Below are positions 1-12,590 of a stretch of DNA of 64,000 nucleotides, one piece after another; within the stretch, counting starts at the first letter, position 1; each line of letters starts with the position of its first letter. The stretch comes from Octopus vulgaris (lineage: Eukaryota). The stretch is taken from positions 154,938,001-155,002,000 of the forward strand of contig OX597816.1 of assembly GCA_951406725.2 (NCBI GenBank), written 5' to 3'. The translations under genes and the position numbers were made by a program. The notes under the pieces were generated by a model. The model did no database searches. It was given only the letters and a program-made list of their open reading frames with translations, and was not told the origin of the DNA.

Positions 1-397
1 TTAACAAAATAATACAATTATACTGAGACAGATAGTGAAATAACAAAACGAAGACCTTAAATTAACAAGGAAGGGTGTAATAAAGAAAAAAGAAAATAGA
101 TATAAATACTACAGAAATACAAAAAGAAACTTGGGAAATAAAAAATGCCGGAAACAAAAGATCCTTGCTGATTGCAAAGAATCAATTGCATGAAACTGAT
201 AACGACTCTCTGAGTAAAATAATTAGTTCAACTCCAATCCCACATGATATTACCAAGAACTAGATTGACTGAAAACAGCAATCAATGTAGTACTAACACG
301 AAGAGATGTAGAATAACATGAATGCACAGAAAGGTCTTCAAAATAGATCGCTACAGGCAAAAATGCAGAAACTAAATAATTGTGAGATGTAATAACA

Positions 398-398
<1 letters not shown>

Positions 399-457
<59 letters not shown>

Positions 458-486
458 GCACGCACGTACGCACGCACGCACACACA

Positions 487-517
<31 letters not shown>

Positions 518-520
518 GCG
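399..520. repeat. (CA)n/(CACG)n microsatellite
   Basis: Direct reading of the dinucleotide repeat. Confidence 0.97.
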
Positions 521-1084
521 CTCACACATGATAATCAATCGGGAACTACACGAAAGCGATAAAATTCCAAAGTTCTGACTGAACTGGCAAAAATATTTAA
601 TGGATGAGACAAATACAAGGGCGTAAAAATCACTCAAACCTTAACCAAATCAGTTATGAAAAACGCAGTTAAAACAATGATTAGAGACAAATAGCACATT
701 GATGTAGTATTCAAATATAATTACCCGAAATCAGAGAACACTCGAAGCATGAAATTACAAATTTGTTAGTGTTAAACGTATTCCGTATTTGTTAAACAAA
801 GAAAGCAGTCAAATCTCTTAATCAATTTTATTATTAACCAAAATAGAAATCAAGAGAACACGAACTTCAAGAGAAGTAACCGAATTGTGAAGAGTATGGA
901 CTAAAAAGCCGTTTGTATTCGCGAAATGGGATACCATTGAAGTGTCTCTGGAGTAACGTTATTCGAGAAGATGCGCAATTTGGGAATCAGGGAGCCTCAC
1001 CAGGTCGAACAGCTGAATTATTACTTCTCTGTATTAAGATGTCATAGCTCCTGTACTACGGAAATGTGATTAAAACGTCTCAAG

Positions 1085-2930
1085 AAAGAATTGCTTTCTT
1101 TGTTAGTGGTATCAAGCGCAGTACAAAGATCAGTGAGGACAGACAGTCCCCTTGGAAGATGCCCCTCCTGATTTCTACTGTTCCTAAATTTCTTCCGTAT
1201 GCTGTCAGGTCCGTCCTCCAATTCACCATATTTTTTCCAAGCATTCGATGCAATACCAAATAGATTCATACATTCCATTATCCAAGAGTGTGGGATCATA
1301 CCGTACGCCTTACGATATCCGATTAATGACATGGATAAGTTACTTTTCCTCCTCTTGCAGTCTCTAAGTACAGTTTTGTTTATCAGGAATTGATCCTTGG
1401 TACCTCCGCAATCTTTCTGTTTATGTGGCAAGACTTTCTGTTCATGTGGCAGGACTCCATTTTTTCCAGATGTTTGTACATTGACTCTGCGAGTATTCCA
1501 GTCAAAAATTTCCACATCGGCCTGTCATTGTCTACCGAATTGCCTTTCTCGATGTTTTTAAGCACCCTGGTGTTACTTGGTCGGCATTTAACAATGTGTT
1601 GAGTTGCGCAGCTATTCGTGCATGGCATTCACCAAATCTTTTGATCCAGTACCCTTGAACTCCCTCTGGTCCCGATTTCCTTGCTGATTTTCTTTTCTTC
1701 CCTAACTGCAATGACTAGTTTTGCCTGTTTTAGACAGAGTACTGTTTGTTTCAGTTCTTGCAACCATTCAGTATCCTTCTTGTGCTCCTTGTCTTTGATC
1801 CAGATGTCACTCCAAAACCTTTGACTTTCATTGTTATCTGGTATCAACTTTTCATCTGTACACTCTCCATTTATTTCTTTATAGAATATCTTCTGATCTA
1901 GTGTGAATAACCTATTCTGGTGGTAACCCTTCATTCTTTGGTCGTATCATATCATCTTTGCTTTCTTTGCAACGAGGTGCCGTTTAAGTTCTTCCATTAC
2001 CACTTCCAGGCACTTTCTTTCAATATTATACTTCCTTTTCAGTGCCATGTATTTTTGTTCGCTTTTAAGCTCCTCTTTCACTTATCGGTCTAACACAGAA
2101 ATTTCCTTCGAGAGCATATCTAACCTTGACTGTATTCTTTTTTCAACCATGGGTATTTTCTTTTGTCACTCCCATTATATTTCTTTTTCTTTACATCAAT
2201 ACCCACATTTTCAGCTACAACAATACTTGCTGCCTTGATCAAATTATGTGTTTCTGTGATGTTGTTTGTTCTGATTTGTATTTCAGAATATCATTGACAT
2301 TTTTCGTTTCTCGGTTCAACTTCCACCGGTCAGCCTTTTTTAAGGTTGCAAATAATGTCACTGTCGTTCTCCTGTAGTCTTGCCTTTATTGTATCGTAGA
2401 TTGCCTTTTATTCATCTGTTATGACGTCATTAGTTTTATTGTCTTCTTTTAGATCATCTACATGTCTCTCATCAAGTAAAATACCACTGTTCCTTTCCTG
2501 TACTATGACATTGCTCTTATTAGTAAGAAATGTATTTTCATTATTATATCTGCTGCTATTTTCCAAGACCCGTCTTTTGATGGCTTTGAGCTCTACTTCT
2601 GTGAACCAACAATGTTTTCTTATTGCTCTAGCTTGATGACATAGTCTCTGTTCTGTGAGATGAAACAATCTATTTTCCATCCAATGATCATACATATGTT
2701 GTCGGTAACCCCCTAATTTGAGCACTATCCTCATGTTTGCTCAGGTAGAAACACTCCATGGCCACAGCATTAATTTGCATGCTCCATCTACGCTGTGTGT
2801 AGTCGGCCCTTTTTGAATATCGACAGGCTGGAGTCGGACCAGAATCTCTGAGCCTTCCGGGTGCAACGCTCTCACCAACAATGGATCCAGTTTCATTACC
2901 ACCGTTATTCACAATATTTTTTTAATTCAT
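1085..2930 (-). mobile_element. Decayed R4/Dong-like (RLE class) non-LTR retrotransposon: N-terminal region and RT up to the QGD motif
   Basis: Minus-strand frames give [69 protein letters not shown] and VEIRRGIFQGDCLSSLIFVLRLIPLT, broken by frameshifts and stops. Confidence 0.9.
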
Positions 2931-3086
2931 TGTCACTCATATGAGGTAGCGATTATCAGATCGCGCAATTACCAATGTTTTTATTGTGACACCACCACTA
3001 ATTGTCATTATCATTATTATTGAGTGAGAGTGCAGTGCATGCCGTCAAAGTGACACTGGGGTAAAATAGTATTATTATTATTATTA

Positions 3087-4388
3087 CTTTTTTTTCTTCT
3101 TTCAAATTTGCTTCCATTTCTTGCCGAGTGTCTTCCCGACTCCTAGGACAAAGAAACTCATAGTATACATTGGTAGGCCATTAAACCAAACTCAATAGTT
3201 CGTTAATTTTTTTTTTTTTTTTTAAGTTAAATTAAAATACATGAGCAGCAACAGTTCTCACATCGAAAATGCTCTTCTCAATACGTGTGATGTACCAGTT
3301 AAGACAATCTTTTGCACTTCTTGCAGGGATGGTAAGCCAGGGATCATTCTCATATAATTTTCGGTTCCCTTCTTGATCATTCCTAGTGCTCCTACGATCA
3401 CTGGTATTGTAACCGCCTTGAGATGCCACATTTTCTCAATTTCAATGAGTAGGTCTTTATATTTTCTGAGCTTGTCAAACTCTTTCGCTGAGATATTATG
3501 ATCACAGGGGATGCTCATGTCGATCAATAAGCAAACTTTATTGTTTTGGTCTTTCACAACAATATCTGGTTTATTGGCCTTGATGGTTCGGTCTGTATGT
3601 ACTGGAAAGTCCCACAGAATGGTTACATTTTCTCCTTCAGTTACAGCCTCAGGGTGGTGATTATACCACTTGTCGGCAGTTTTGATATTGTAATGCCGAC
3701 TTATTAGCCAGTGGAGATATTGGCCATCTCTGTCATGTCTTAATTTATACTCCACTGGTGCTAAGACTTTACATCCAGAGATTAGGTGGTCCACTGTTTC
3801 AATCATGTCGTTGCAGAATCGGCATTTTGGGTCTGCTCCATTTTTCATCACATTGGACTGGTAGTTCCGAGTTAATAGGCTTTGATCTTGAGCAGCCAGG
3901 ATGAAACCTTCGCTCTCTGCTTTTAGCCCTGAGCTCCGTAGCCACTGATGGGTTTGCTTCTGGTCAACATCAGCTTGTTTGCTGCGGGTCACATATTTGC
4001 CGTGCAGAGGTTTCTCCTCCCACCTATCAGTCAATTGCTCGTGCGCTTTTTTCATTGCCATCATTTTCACCTTCTTTGCAACAATAGTTGCCGTACTTCC
4101 CTCGGGTTGTTCAGTTTGGGTATCCTGCACGAGATCAATAGCAAATTTTTTGCTTTCCTTTATGATAGAATGAAGCTTCTTTCGTCTCTCGTGATTTTCC
4201 ATGAGCTTTAGCATCCAGTCATTCGATATTTCGAGATATTTGGCCAGTCCAATTGTGGTTGTTTTGAAAGCTAGTTCAAATTGGATCAGGCCTCGACTTC
4301 CTTGGGCTCTGGGAAGGTAAAGGCGATCTACGTCTGCCTTTGGGTGGTGCATCCTATTACAACTCAGCAGCTTGCGTATTTTCCTATC
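3087..4388 (-). mobile_element. 5'-truncated R4/Dong-like retrotransposon inserted in (TTA)n; C-terminal ORF intact
   Basis: Flanked by (TTA)n on both sides (ending 3086, resuming 4389); carries the open 364-aa frame plus a 3' UTR. Confidence 0.93.
3258..4352 (-). CDS. Retrotransposon ORF fragment: RT thumb/linker, CCHC zinc knuckle and PD-(D/E)xK restriction-like endonuclease
   Basis: HPKADVDRLYLPR..G.RGL, WL..SGLKAESEG..AAQDQSL.TRNY, CRFC..ETVDHLISGC, RHD, KPDIVV..LIDMSIP..K..KY. The frame is open upstream to the TTA junction, so it is a truncated TE ORF rather than a host gene. Confidence 0.85.
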   Translation of the reverse strand: MHHPKADVDRLYLPRAQGSRGLIQFELAFKTTTIGLAKYLEISNDWMLKLMENHERRKKLHSIIKESKKFAIDLVQDTQTEQPEGSTATIVAKKVKMMAMKKAHEQLTDRWEEKPLHGKYVTRSKQADVDQKQTHQWLRSSGLKAESEGFILAAQDQSLLTRNYQSNVMKNGADPKCRFCNDMIETVDHLISGCKVLAPVEYKLRHDRDGQYLHWLISRHYNIKTADKWYNHHPEAVTEGENVTILWDFPVHTDRTIKANKPDIVVKDQNNKVCLLIDMSIPCDHNISAKEFDKLRKYKDLLIEIEKMWHLKAVTIPVIVGALGMIKKGTENYMRMIPGLPSLQEVQKIVLTGTSHVLRRAFSM

Positions 4389-4453
<65 letters not shown>

Positions 4454-4470
4454 GTTGTTGTTGTTGTTGT
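4389..4470. repeat. (TTA)n/(TTG)n microsatellite
   Basis: Direct reading. Confidence 0.97.
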
Positions 4471-6895
4471 AAACTGGGGTGAGCAGTAGTAATGAACGAT
4501 TTGCATTATGTCTCTTAAGTTTAACGTGAAGAGCATTCGCCCAGAAGCGATACAGTGAATATTCAAAATTACCGATATTTTATATAGCTGCCTTAGATTT
4601 AGTAAAAGTGAAGCAAAATCTATGACTGAACTTTTAAAGTAGTTGTAACAGGAGAATATTCGTTAGATGAAACTAAATAAAGAAAAAAAAGCTTCTGGTA
4701 TTAATAATTATTCTGTCACATTTCCCCTTTAGGTATAATATTCAATTATGTCTTCATTACTCTTGCTTTGTTTTTCCAGATCTGATCATACCGTAGGTTT
4801 CCTTTGAAATCCTCAACATCAAAAGAATTCAATTAAGTCTTAACAATGTATTACATGATAACCATGTATACAAGCAAAGCATAATGCTATCACCAAAGTT
4901 TTATTCAATTTAATTTAACTCTATTGTTGTTACATTGTCTGTTCTGCAACGTCTTTTGTTACTAACTTACTGAGAAAGCCAAGCCTTGATATATAACCTT
5001 CGCTTTATTGTGAAATTGCTAACGCAGTTTGATTTCTAGATTTCACAAAGTATTTTTGAAATAGTGTCGATAGTGTTGTAATAGGTAATTAAAGAAGAGC
5101 TGAATCTAAATGAAGAAATTGAGCAATTAGAAATCAGTTATCTGAGTTCTATCCTATAAAATTAACCAACAGTAGACGATTAACCATAATGGCTGCTGAA
5201 GAGTGTCGTTCTCAATTACATAAGTAGAAGAATATTAGCTTAATATAAGCGTCAACTCAATTGCTAGTTTTCAAATTTTATTGATTTCTTTTTCTCTTTG
5301 TGAGAAGTTTCTAGACAACATATTTATATCTTTTGATTTGTCCCAAGGCTCATCTTTCTCAGTGAATTAAATAATCGATTAAATCAAACCCATTTCACCC
5401 CACGTACATATTTATGCCCACCGGAAAATAATAAAATGCTAAGTAAAAGACTAATCCGGAGGCGTTAAGCTAAGAACTTGAAAAGTCGCAATTATATATT
5501 CTAAGACATTGACATTTTATTTGGTGCTCTTTTACTTCGGTTAACACAGCAACACCTTATCAAATGTCATCTTCACCTTTAAATTAATCTATTCTATTAA
5601 ACCAATAACAATCTTTGAAAGCCATTTTAAAGATTACGAATCCGAACCAATAAATATATATAAGAAATGGTTAACATAATACTTTTTCGGCTAATTAACT
5701 TCATGTCTAATGTGTGAATTTACCACATTTATACTTATGTTATTCTTCGATAGATTCAATATGCTGTCATCGTCTTATGACTCGCTACACCATAATATGT
5801 AAGTTGTTACTGACTGGATTCATAACTATTAATCTTTATGTCTAAAATAAGCTCTTTACCTATTAAATAAGTTTTTATCAACTAAACCGCTGAGCCAAGA
5901 AAATGTATATATTCAGGAATATGATTCGTGTTTTCAATCGAGACCGAATTTATTGTAGAGTAGTGGAAATGTAAAAAAAAGTTTAAGATAGTTGATGTAT
6001 CCCCGCTTTGGGTGGGCATGGAATATATTAATTCTTTTTACTTAAACTAAATGGCATAACTTACTGTTATGTTTTATGTAACACTTGCATATATTTTATG
6101 CATGTTATTATATATGCAGATATGCACACACATAAACATACACCACTGCTCTACAAGAAGTTACCTGTAAGCGAGTATTTTTGGTAAAATTCTCTATTTC
6201 ATTTTGTAAAATTCTTTTTTTTCCTCCGAGTCAAGTTTTAAACAAATGATTACATGTTCTCTATTGAAAAATAATTGTAACACCAACAACAACACGAATA
6301 ACAACAACAGCAGTAACAGCAACAACAGCAATAGTAATCGCATAATTTTATCCTCCACTGCGTCCTGGTTCGAAAAACATTCATTTTTACAAAAATACTT
6401 GAAGAAGCTGGACAAATGAAATTTAACTTTCTCATAAAAGGATCTGCGACAGAGTGTTGATAATCTAGACCTTCCTCTTCCTTAGTATCTGTTTCATTTT
6501 CTAATCTAGATATGTGTCTTATGTTTATTTATTTAGTATTTAATTTCTATCAGGTTATTTATTAGTATACATGCATTTCCCAAAGAGCGTTAGGTGTTAT
6601 TAATACTGATTGATACCGCTGAAAGTAGCGGCCCTGCAATAAGATGTCGAAATCACGTTATTTATTTAGTAGCTGTCGGAAGATCTTCAGTTTAGTTAAT
6701 TATAGTTCCTTCTCCAAGTAATCCGGCTGGATTTGTTTTACTTACCTAGGCCAGTGCAGGTTATTATCTATACTTCCTTTTTCCTTTGTGGAGTATGTTT
6801 TGTGGATTAGTGACGAACATTTTATATAGTTCTCAAGATCCTACCGATATGGGTGCACATTTGTGCCTGTTTGTGCGCGCGCAGACACACACTCA

Positions 6896-6968
<73 letters not shown>

Positions 6969-6969
6969 T

Positions 6970-7376
6970 ACTCTTTACTCTTTTTACTCTTTTACTTGTT
7001 TCAGTCATTTGACTGCGGCCATGCTGGAGCACCGCCTTTAATCGAGCAACTCGACCCCGGGACTTATTCTTTTGTAAACCCAGTACTTATTCTATCGGTC
7101 TCTTTTGCCGAAGCGCTAAGTGACGGGGACGTAAACACACCACCATCGGTTGTCAAGCAATGCTAGGGGGACAAACACAGACACACACACTTATATATAT
7201 ATATATATACATATATACGACAGGCTTCTTTCAGTTTCCGTCTACCAAATCCACTCACAAGGCATTGGTCGGCCCGGGGCTATAGCAGAAGACACTTGCC
7301 CAAGATGCCACGCAGTGGGACTGAACCCGGAACCATGTGGTTGGTTAGCAAGCTACTTACCACACAGCCACTCCTG
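6970..7376 (-). mobile_element. tRNA-derived SINE, family A
   Basis: Reverse complement reads CAGGAGTGGCTGTGTGGTAAG (A box)..GGTTCCGGGTTCAGTCCC (B box)..CTTGGGCAAGTGTCTTC..GACTGAAACAAGTAAAAGAG; matches copies at 9170, 36251, 47036 and 62352. Confidence 0.9.
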
Positions 7377-7580
7377 AAGGTGTTTGTAAGCCATTTAAGA
7401 AACACACAAAAGCCGTTCGATTCACTTCAACATTTAAGGAATATCAGATGCAGCACGGATTTTTGTCAGTGAACAGGCCGCGGTCTTATAGCGACGAAAA
7501 TATTTTGACAAATTAAACTTAAATGTTGAAGTGAATCGAACGGGTTTTGTGTGTTTCTTAAATGGCTTACAAACACCTTC
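7376..7580. repeat. Inverted repeat with 63-bp arms (7376-7438 / 7518-7580) enclosing a hammerhead motif; Penelope pLTR-like
   Basis: GAAGGTGTTTGTAAGCC..CATTTAAG versus its reverse complement, one mismatch. Confidence 0.92.
7462..7512 (+). ncRNA. Minimal type-I hammerhead ribozyme, G3-C8 core variant
   Basis: Stem I TTTGTCA/TGACAAA, core GTGAACA, stem II (G)GCCGC..GCGAC, GAAA, palindromic ATAT, then TT. Confidence 0.7.
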
Positions 7581-7650
7581 CACGCTGAAATTGTTTTCGT
7601 TCCAGCACACGATCTCAGATCAAATCACTTGCTATACAAGTACATCTCCG

Positions 7651-7707
<57 letters not shown>

Positions 7708-7739
7708 GTGTGTGTGTGTGTGAGTGTGTGGCAGATAAA

Positions 7740-7942
7740 GTGGTCAGCTGACAGAATCGTTAGCACGCCAGGCAGAATGCTTAGCAGCATTTCGTCCTTC
7801 TTTACGTTCTGAGTTCAAGTTCCGCCGAGGTTGACTTTACTTTTCATCCTACTGAAGTCGATAAAATAAGTACCAGCTGAACAGTGGGGTTGGTTTAATC
7901 GATTTAAAGCCTGTTTCGAACTTGCTGGCCAAAATTTGAAAC
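7740..7942 (+). mobile_element. tRNA-derived SINE, family B (monomer)
   Basis: AGCTGACAGAATCGTTAGCACGCC..TTCTGAGTTCAAGTTCCGCCGAGG..TTTCATCC..GTCGATAAAATAAGTACCAG, shared with many copies in the window. Confidence 0.85.
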
Positions 7943-9169
7943 TATGTATATATGAAGGAAATATTCTTGTTTTATCAAGAAAATATTCGTTATTGTGTTA
8001 AAGTATATATATATATATATATATATATGCATGCAAAACGAGAGAAAGCAAAATGTGGAGATTTTTTTAGCACTACTAAGCGTCTTCTATACAGAGAATC
8101 TCTAGATCTCATCTGTGGAGTATGTATGTATGTATGTATGTATGTATGTATGTATGTATGTATGTATGTATGTATGTATGTATGTATGCATGCATGTATT
8201 ATAACATACGAACGCCTGTGTTTGTAATTAATTTTGCTTGGTAGTTCAAGTTTTGCCTATTGGCTTATTCATCCTGTTGCAATATAGTTTTATTTTGAAA
8301 AGTTTCTCATAGTGAAAAATAGAAACTGCTTTAGCTGTTATTTATAATTACGACGAGATTATTGTAAGAAAGAGAAAAATACAATTTAATAATTTTCTGG
8401 AGAGGAATATTGGATATTAATGCAAAGTAGGTGAGTGGGTGAAGGAAGAAACTGAAAGTGGGGGATGGTTGAGTACGAGAATTACCAGATAGTGATTCTA
8501 TTGAATTTATGAACTTCAAGGCGATGGCTACGAATATTAGAGAAGGTGAAAATTGGTTTGGGATCTTGGGCAGTCTATTTTCATGTCGCTATTTGTGTAC
8601 GTATGCATTTTTGCATATAGTTTGAAATTTTTGTGATATGCATTGTTCTCGTGAATTTGTGTATGTACGTGCTTGTTTGTGATTGTTTATGTATGTGTGA
8701 GTGAGTGTGGAAATGTTTATTTGTGTGTGTGTGTGTGTGTGTATGTGCGTGTATTAAATTATCTATTTGGAGTGAACTTTTGCAAAATAATGGGTACGTT
8801 AATATAGAAAATTAAATGTAAATTCAAATAGAAATTTTGAGTTTAAATATTCTAAAAATAAATATTTTCTACAATATTTTTTATATAATTCTTTTAAATA
8901 TGTACAAATATATTTTGTATTAATTTGTTAGTTTTCTTAAATTATAATGTTCGTGTTTAGATGTATGTGGATTTGCGTCTTTGCGAGCAGATGCGTACGT
9001 ACAAGGAGTACTTTTCTGGGGAGGGGATGAGTGCGTATGCATGTTTATTTATTTGGTTATTTTACATTTCAGTCAGTAAAACAGAATATTCAGAATAATG
9101 ATTTGAAAAAGATATCTAAAATCAAAGTTTCTTGAAATATTTGTAACTATTTTATTTATAACTGTGGAT

Positions 9170-9555
9170 CAGGCATAGCTGTGTGGTTAAGAAGCTCGCT
9201 TCGCGACCGTGTGGTTTCGGGATCAATCTCACTGCATGGCACCTCGGATATGTGTCTTCTACTATAGTTCAGAACCGATCAATACCTTGCGAATGAATTT
9301 ACTAGACGGAAACTGTGAGGCATCCTGTCGTATGTGTGTATGAGTGTGAGTGTGTATGTGTGTGTCTTTGTACTTGTTTGTTCATTGCTGTTGCTTTGTT
9401 TAGATCACCGTAAATCAACGGTTCAGTAAGAGACCACAAAATAAACATCAGACTTTAAAATAAGTACCGGGGTCGATTTTTGTTTTGACTAAGCCCTCCA
9501 AGGTGGTGCACCAGCATGGCTGAGGTCCAATGAGTGAAACAAGTACAAGATAACG
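9170..9555 (+). mobile_element. SINE family A, diverged copy
   Basis: Colinear similarity to 62352-62650 and 36251-36720. Confidence 0.8.
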
Positions 9556-10921
9556 ATGTTCTGTAATTACGTCCTGTATTTATTATGCGTTTGCATTATA
9601 TTTTCTAATATATTTTCTCGTGTGTTTGGGTTTGTGTGCTATTGTGAGTGTGTTTTCGTATGTCGGCGAGGATACTTCGGTGCGCGCAAGTGTGCAACCT
9701 ACAGAATTATATCTAAACTTATTATATCTCAGAACTTGTAATTTTAGCATTTACTTGAAAATGTTTTATATGAAATTGAATCATTTGACTATATCTTATA
9801 TATTACATTAAAGGAAATTGAGTTAAACACTTTTTGAATACATTATTTAAAACACTTTTTGTAATTTACTTCTACACCTCAAAATATTAAAACTACGTAC
9901 GAATAAATAAATTTATGAACAAAATTTCCACTCACAAACCGACATATACAAAGGCTTTCATCTACATACACATATGCATACAAAAAATGTCTTGCACCTG
10001 CGCACAAAGACACGCTCACGCAAACATGCGCACAAACAGACACAAGAAGATATAAAAATGAGGAATTATATCACATGCACGTACGTAATGCTAAAAGTTA
10101 ATATTACGTATAGCATTTCCGAGTCGACACAGAATTCTGTAAAAATGATTTGCACTGAATAATGTAAATATATAAATAAAAAGAAAGAAGCTATATTATA
10201 TACAAAACCATAGAGGATTGCACGATGTTATCCGAGACTATTTTATGAGTTAATTTAGGGTTGCTCCCAATGTGGCTAAAGATGCAAATCAGAAGCATTT
10301 AACTTGTGTTCGCACAGTATTAATAAATCTCAACATGAAAACTAGAGTGACATTAGCATGGGTGTAAAGTAGCATATGGGTGAAAGACCGCAGGTGTTGA
10401 CCTTATTTAATGCATGTCTCGAAAATGTAGTAAAGGGTAATAAACGGACTGAACACCGAAAGGTATGCATGTGATCTGTATGGTGGGTGCACTCTCATAA
10501 TTATAAAGATGCATCGTTCAAAGTTGCAAAGCCAATTCGTTGATATAGTTGGCTAAATCCAACAATTTTTTACGAATTTCCTTGGTTAACGATTGTAATA
10601 TTGACCTGGAATATCAATGAATTTGCAAGAAATTATTGTTCTGAGATAGGAAAGGAAGGTTTTATGCAAGAACTTGGTATATCTGGTATGGAACAGCAAT
10701 AATCTTGTGCAATAATCTACTCAATACTTAAAATTTGTAACCGTTTGTGGTTTGCGCTCCTAGGGATCTGTGGCAGTATTTCGACTCATGGTACATCACA
10801 TAAAGTAGACAGAAAGTTATAAAATGCATTTTGAATGCAATCAAACTAGAGTGTGGTGTGCTGTAGTTGTTGCTTAGTGGAAAGCAATCAACTAATTCAA
10901 TTGTTTCTTCCTCACGAAGAA

Positions 10922-10995
10922 ACTCCTGTTTCTTCCTCACGAACAAAATTCTGACTTTATAGTCAGAATTTTGTTCGTGAGGAAGAAACAGGAGT
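10922..10995. repeat. Perfect 35-bp-arm palindrome with a 4-nt loop
   Basis: ACTCCTGTTTCTTCCTCACGAACAAAATTCTGACT-TTAT-AGTCAGAATTTTGTTCGTGAGGAAGAAACAGGAGT. Confidence 0.95.
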
Positions 10996-11199
10996 GGTTA
11001 ATGCAGGGCAGTGAAGCTAGCAGAGAAGTGAAGAGCGGGAATGACGTGTGGAAGTGGAGAAAATAGGAGATAAGGGAGAAAGAACGAATGAAGAGAATAT
11101 GTTGCAATAATCTATTTATCAAGGTTGTTGAAGTTGACTGTTACGAATCCTAGAACTAGGAGGAAGGACACACAAAAATGGAGAAACGGCAGCAAGTAT

Positions 11200-11790
11200 T
11201 GAAGCGCGAATATACTTAAGACAAGAATGTGTTAGAAGTCTTCCCTTAGTGTGTTATTAACTTAAGCTTTCTAGTGGTGCGCGAGTTTCACTTGTTGGCT
11301 CACGCGTTGTATTCCTTTGCCTTCGCAACAATAATCCACTTGTACGATTTTCTATTCTTTGATCCTTTATGTGCCAGATGAAATTCGACAGTGAGGAGCT
11401 GTTGCTTTGATCATTATGTCTAAGCTTATAAATGCGCTAAGCTCTGAATGAGTTTTCAGTATGTTTATCTATTTCAACAATGTCCAAAAAAAATATCTAT
11501 GTATGAGTTCATCTCGAAGTATTTGTAATTCATCGGGCTGTTGGGCGTGTCTAAGCGATTTCATCCTTGTGGGGTGATTGTTAGTTTTTCACTAACATTT
11601 CTATTATTGAGTACTTGGGAACCTATAATACTGGAAATATCCGAGCACTTGTCAGTCATGTGAAAGAAGTGTCTGGATATATGTGGAGATATTTGATATT
11701 AAACGATAGATTCTGGAGCTCGTTAACGCTAATCTGAGATGATTTTCAAAACAGGTTTACGTTGAACTCGCAACCCTTCAATACACTGTT
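11200..11790 (-). mobile_element. Highly decayed Naiad-type Penelope-like element (linker and GIY-YIG remnant)
   Basis: Minus-strand translation TENSF..SSLSNFIWHIKD..KWIIVAKAKEYN..K*NSRTTRK resembles T.LS.YIW.LK..W.I....Y...C.LC..EK; upstream DISSII. Confidence 0.55.
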
Positions 11791-12313
11791 GTAGTATTGA
11801 ACTGTCCTATCGATTTTCTTATCTCCAATGGAGAGGTGGAACACTACACCAACATAAGTGTGTATGTGTGTGAGTGTGTGTGAATGTGTGTATGTGTACG
11901 TGAGTATCCGTGTAAGCACTTATATACACCTGTTGAATAAATACGAACATAGATAATATGAACACAACATTATAAACATACACGGCAAACCATCGAAGTT
12001 TGCTCCTGGTTAACTTATAATCACATGCCAAGCCAACCATATTCCACTAACTCACTTTTCCTCGTTGATTTCCAAAAATTTCCTCGCGATCCTCTTTTGG
12101 CATTAAAAGTTCAACATGTAACAAAAGTATAGTATGATAAAACGAAAATTCAGAAATTACTCATTTCAAAAGATATGTGAATACGCAACTGCGGTATTGC
12201 TTTCAACGGAAGTGTAGTATTTTGCCACATTAATCTTTTGTGTGTGTATATATATATAACACTAGTTAAGGAGGTCTCGCCCCGGTACGGGATGATGTCT
12301 GTCTCTCTATTGT

Positions 12314-12395
12314 TTCCCTTGACGAAGGAATTATTATTGCGATGCACCCTAGTGCTTTAAATACAGTAATGTATCCCTGAAATGGCCGTAGGGAA
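12314..12395 (+). ncRNA. Type-I hammerhead ribozyme motif (U3-G8) with a long stem II, in a Penelope pLTR-like element between TA tracts
   Basis: Stem I TTCCC/GGGAA, TTGACGA, AGGAATTATTATTG..CAGTAATGTATCCCT, GAAA, near-palindromic TGGCCG, then TA. Confidence 0.7.
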
Positions 12396-12540
12396 TGTAA
12401 ATATGGTTTCTTCTTTGTTGCTTGGACACTGGTTTTTAACTATAGGTTTCCTTTATTTGAAAAGTAATTTTTAAAAGATTTTCTAAACGATGAACCTTTT
12501 TTTTTACATTATATATTATATATTACTTATTTATATGATT

Positions 12541-12590
<50 letters not shown>

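Noticed and set aside
4760-4900. Strong-looking splice acceptor (TTTTTCCAG)
   Set aside because: No open, protein-like exon or donor site follows; a host exon cannot be supported without transcripts
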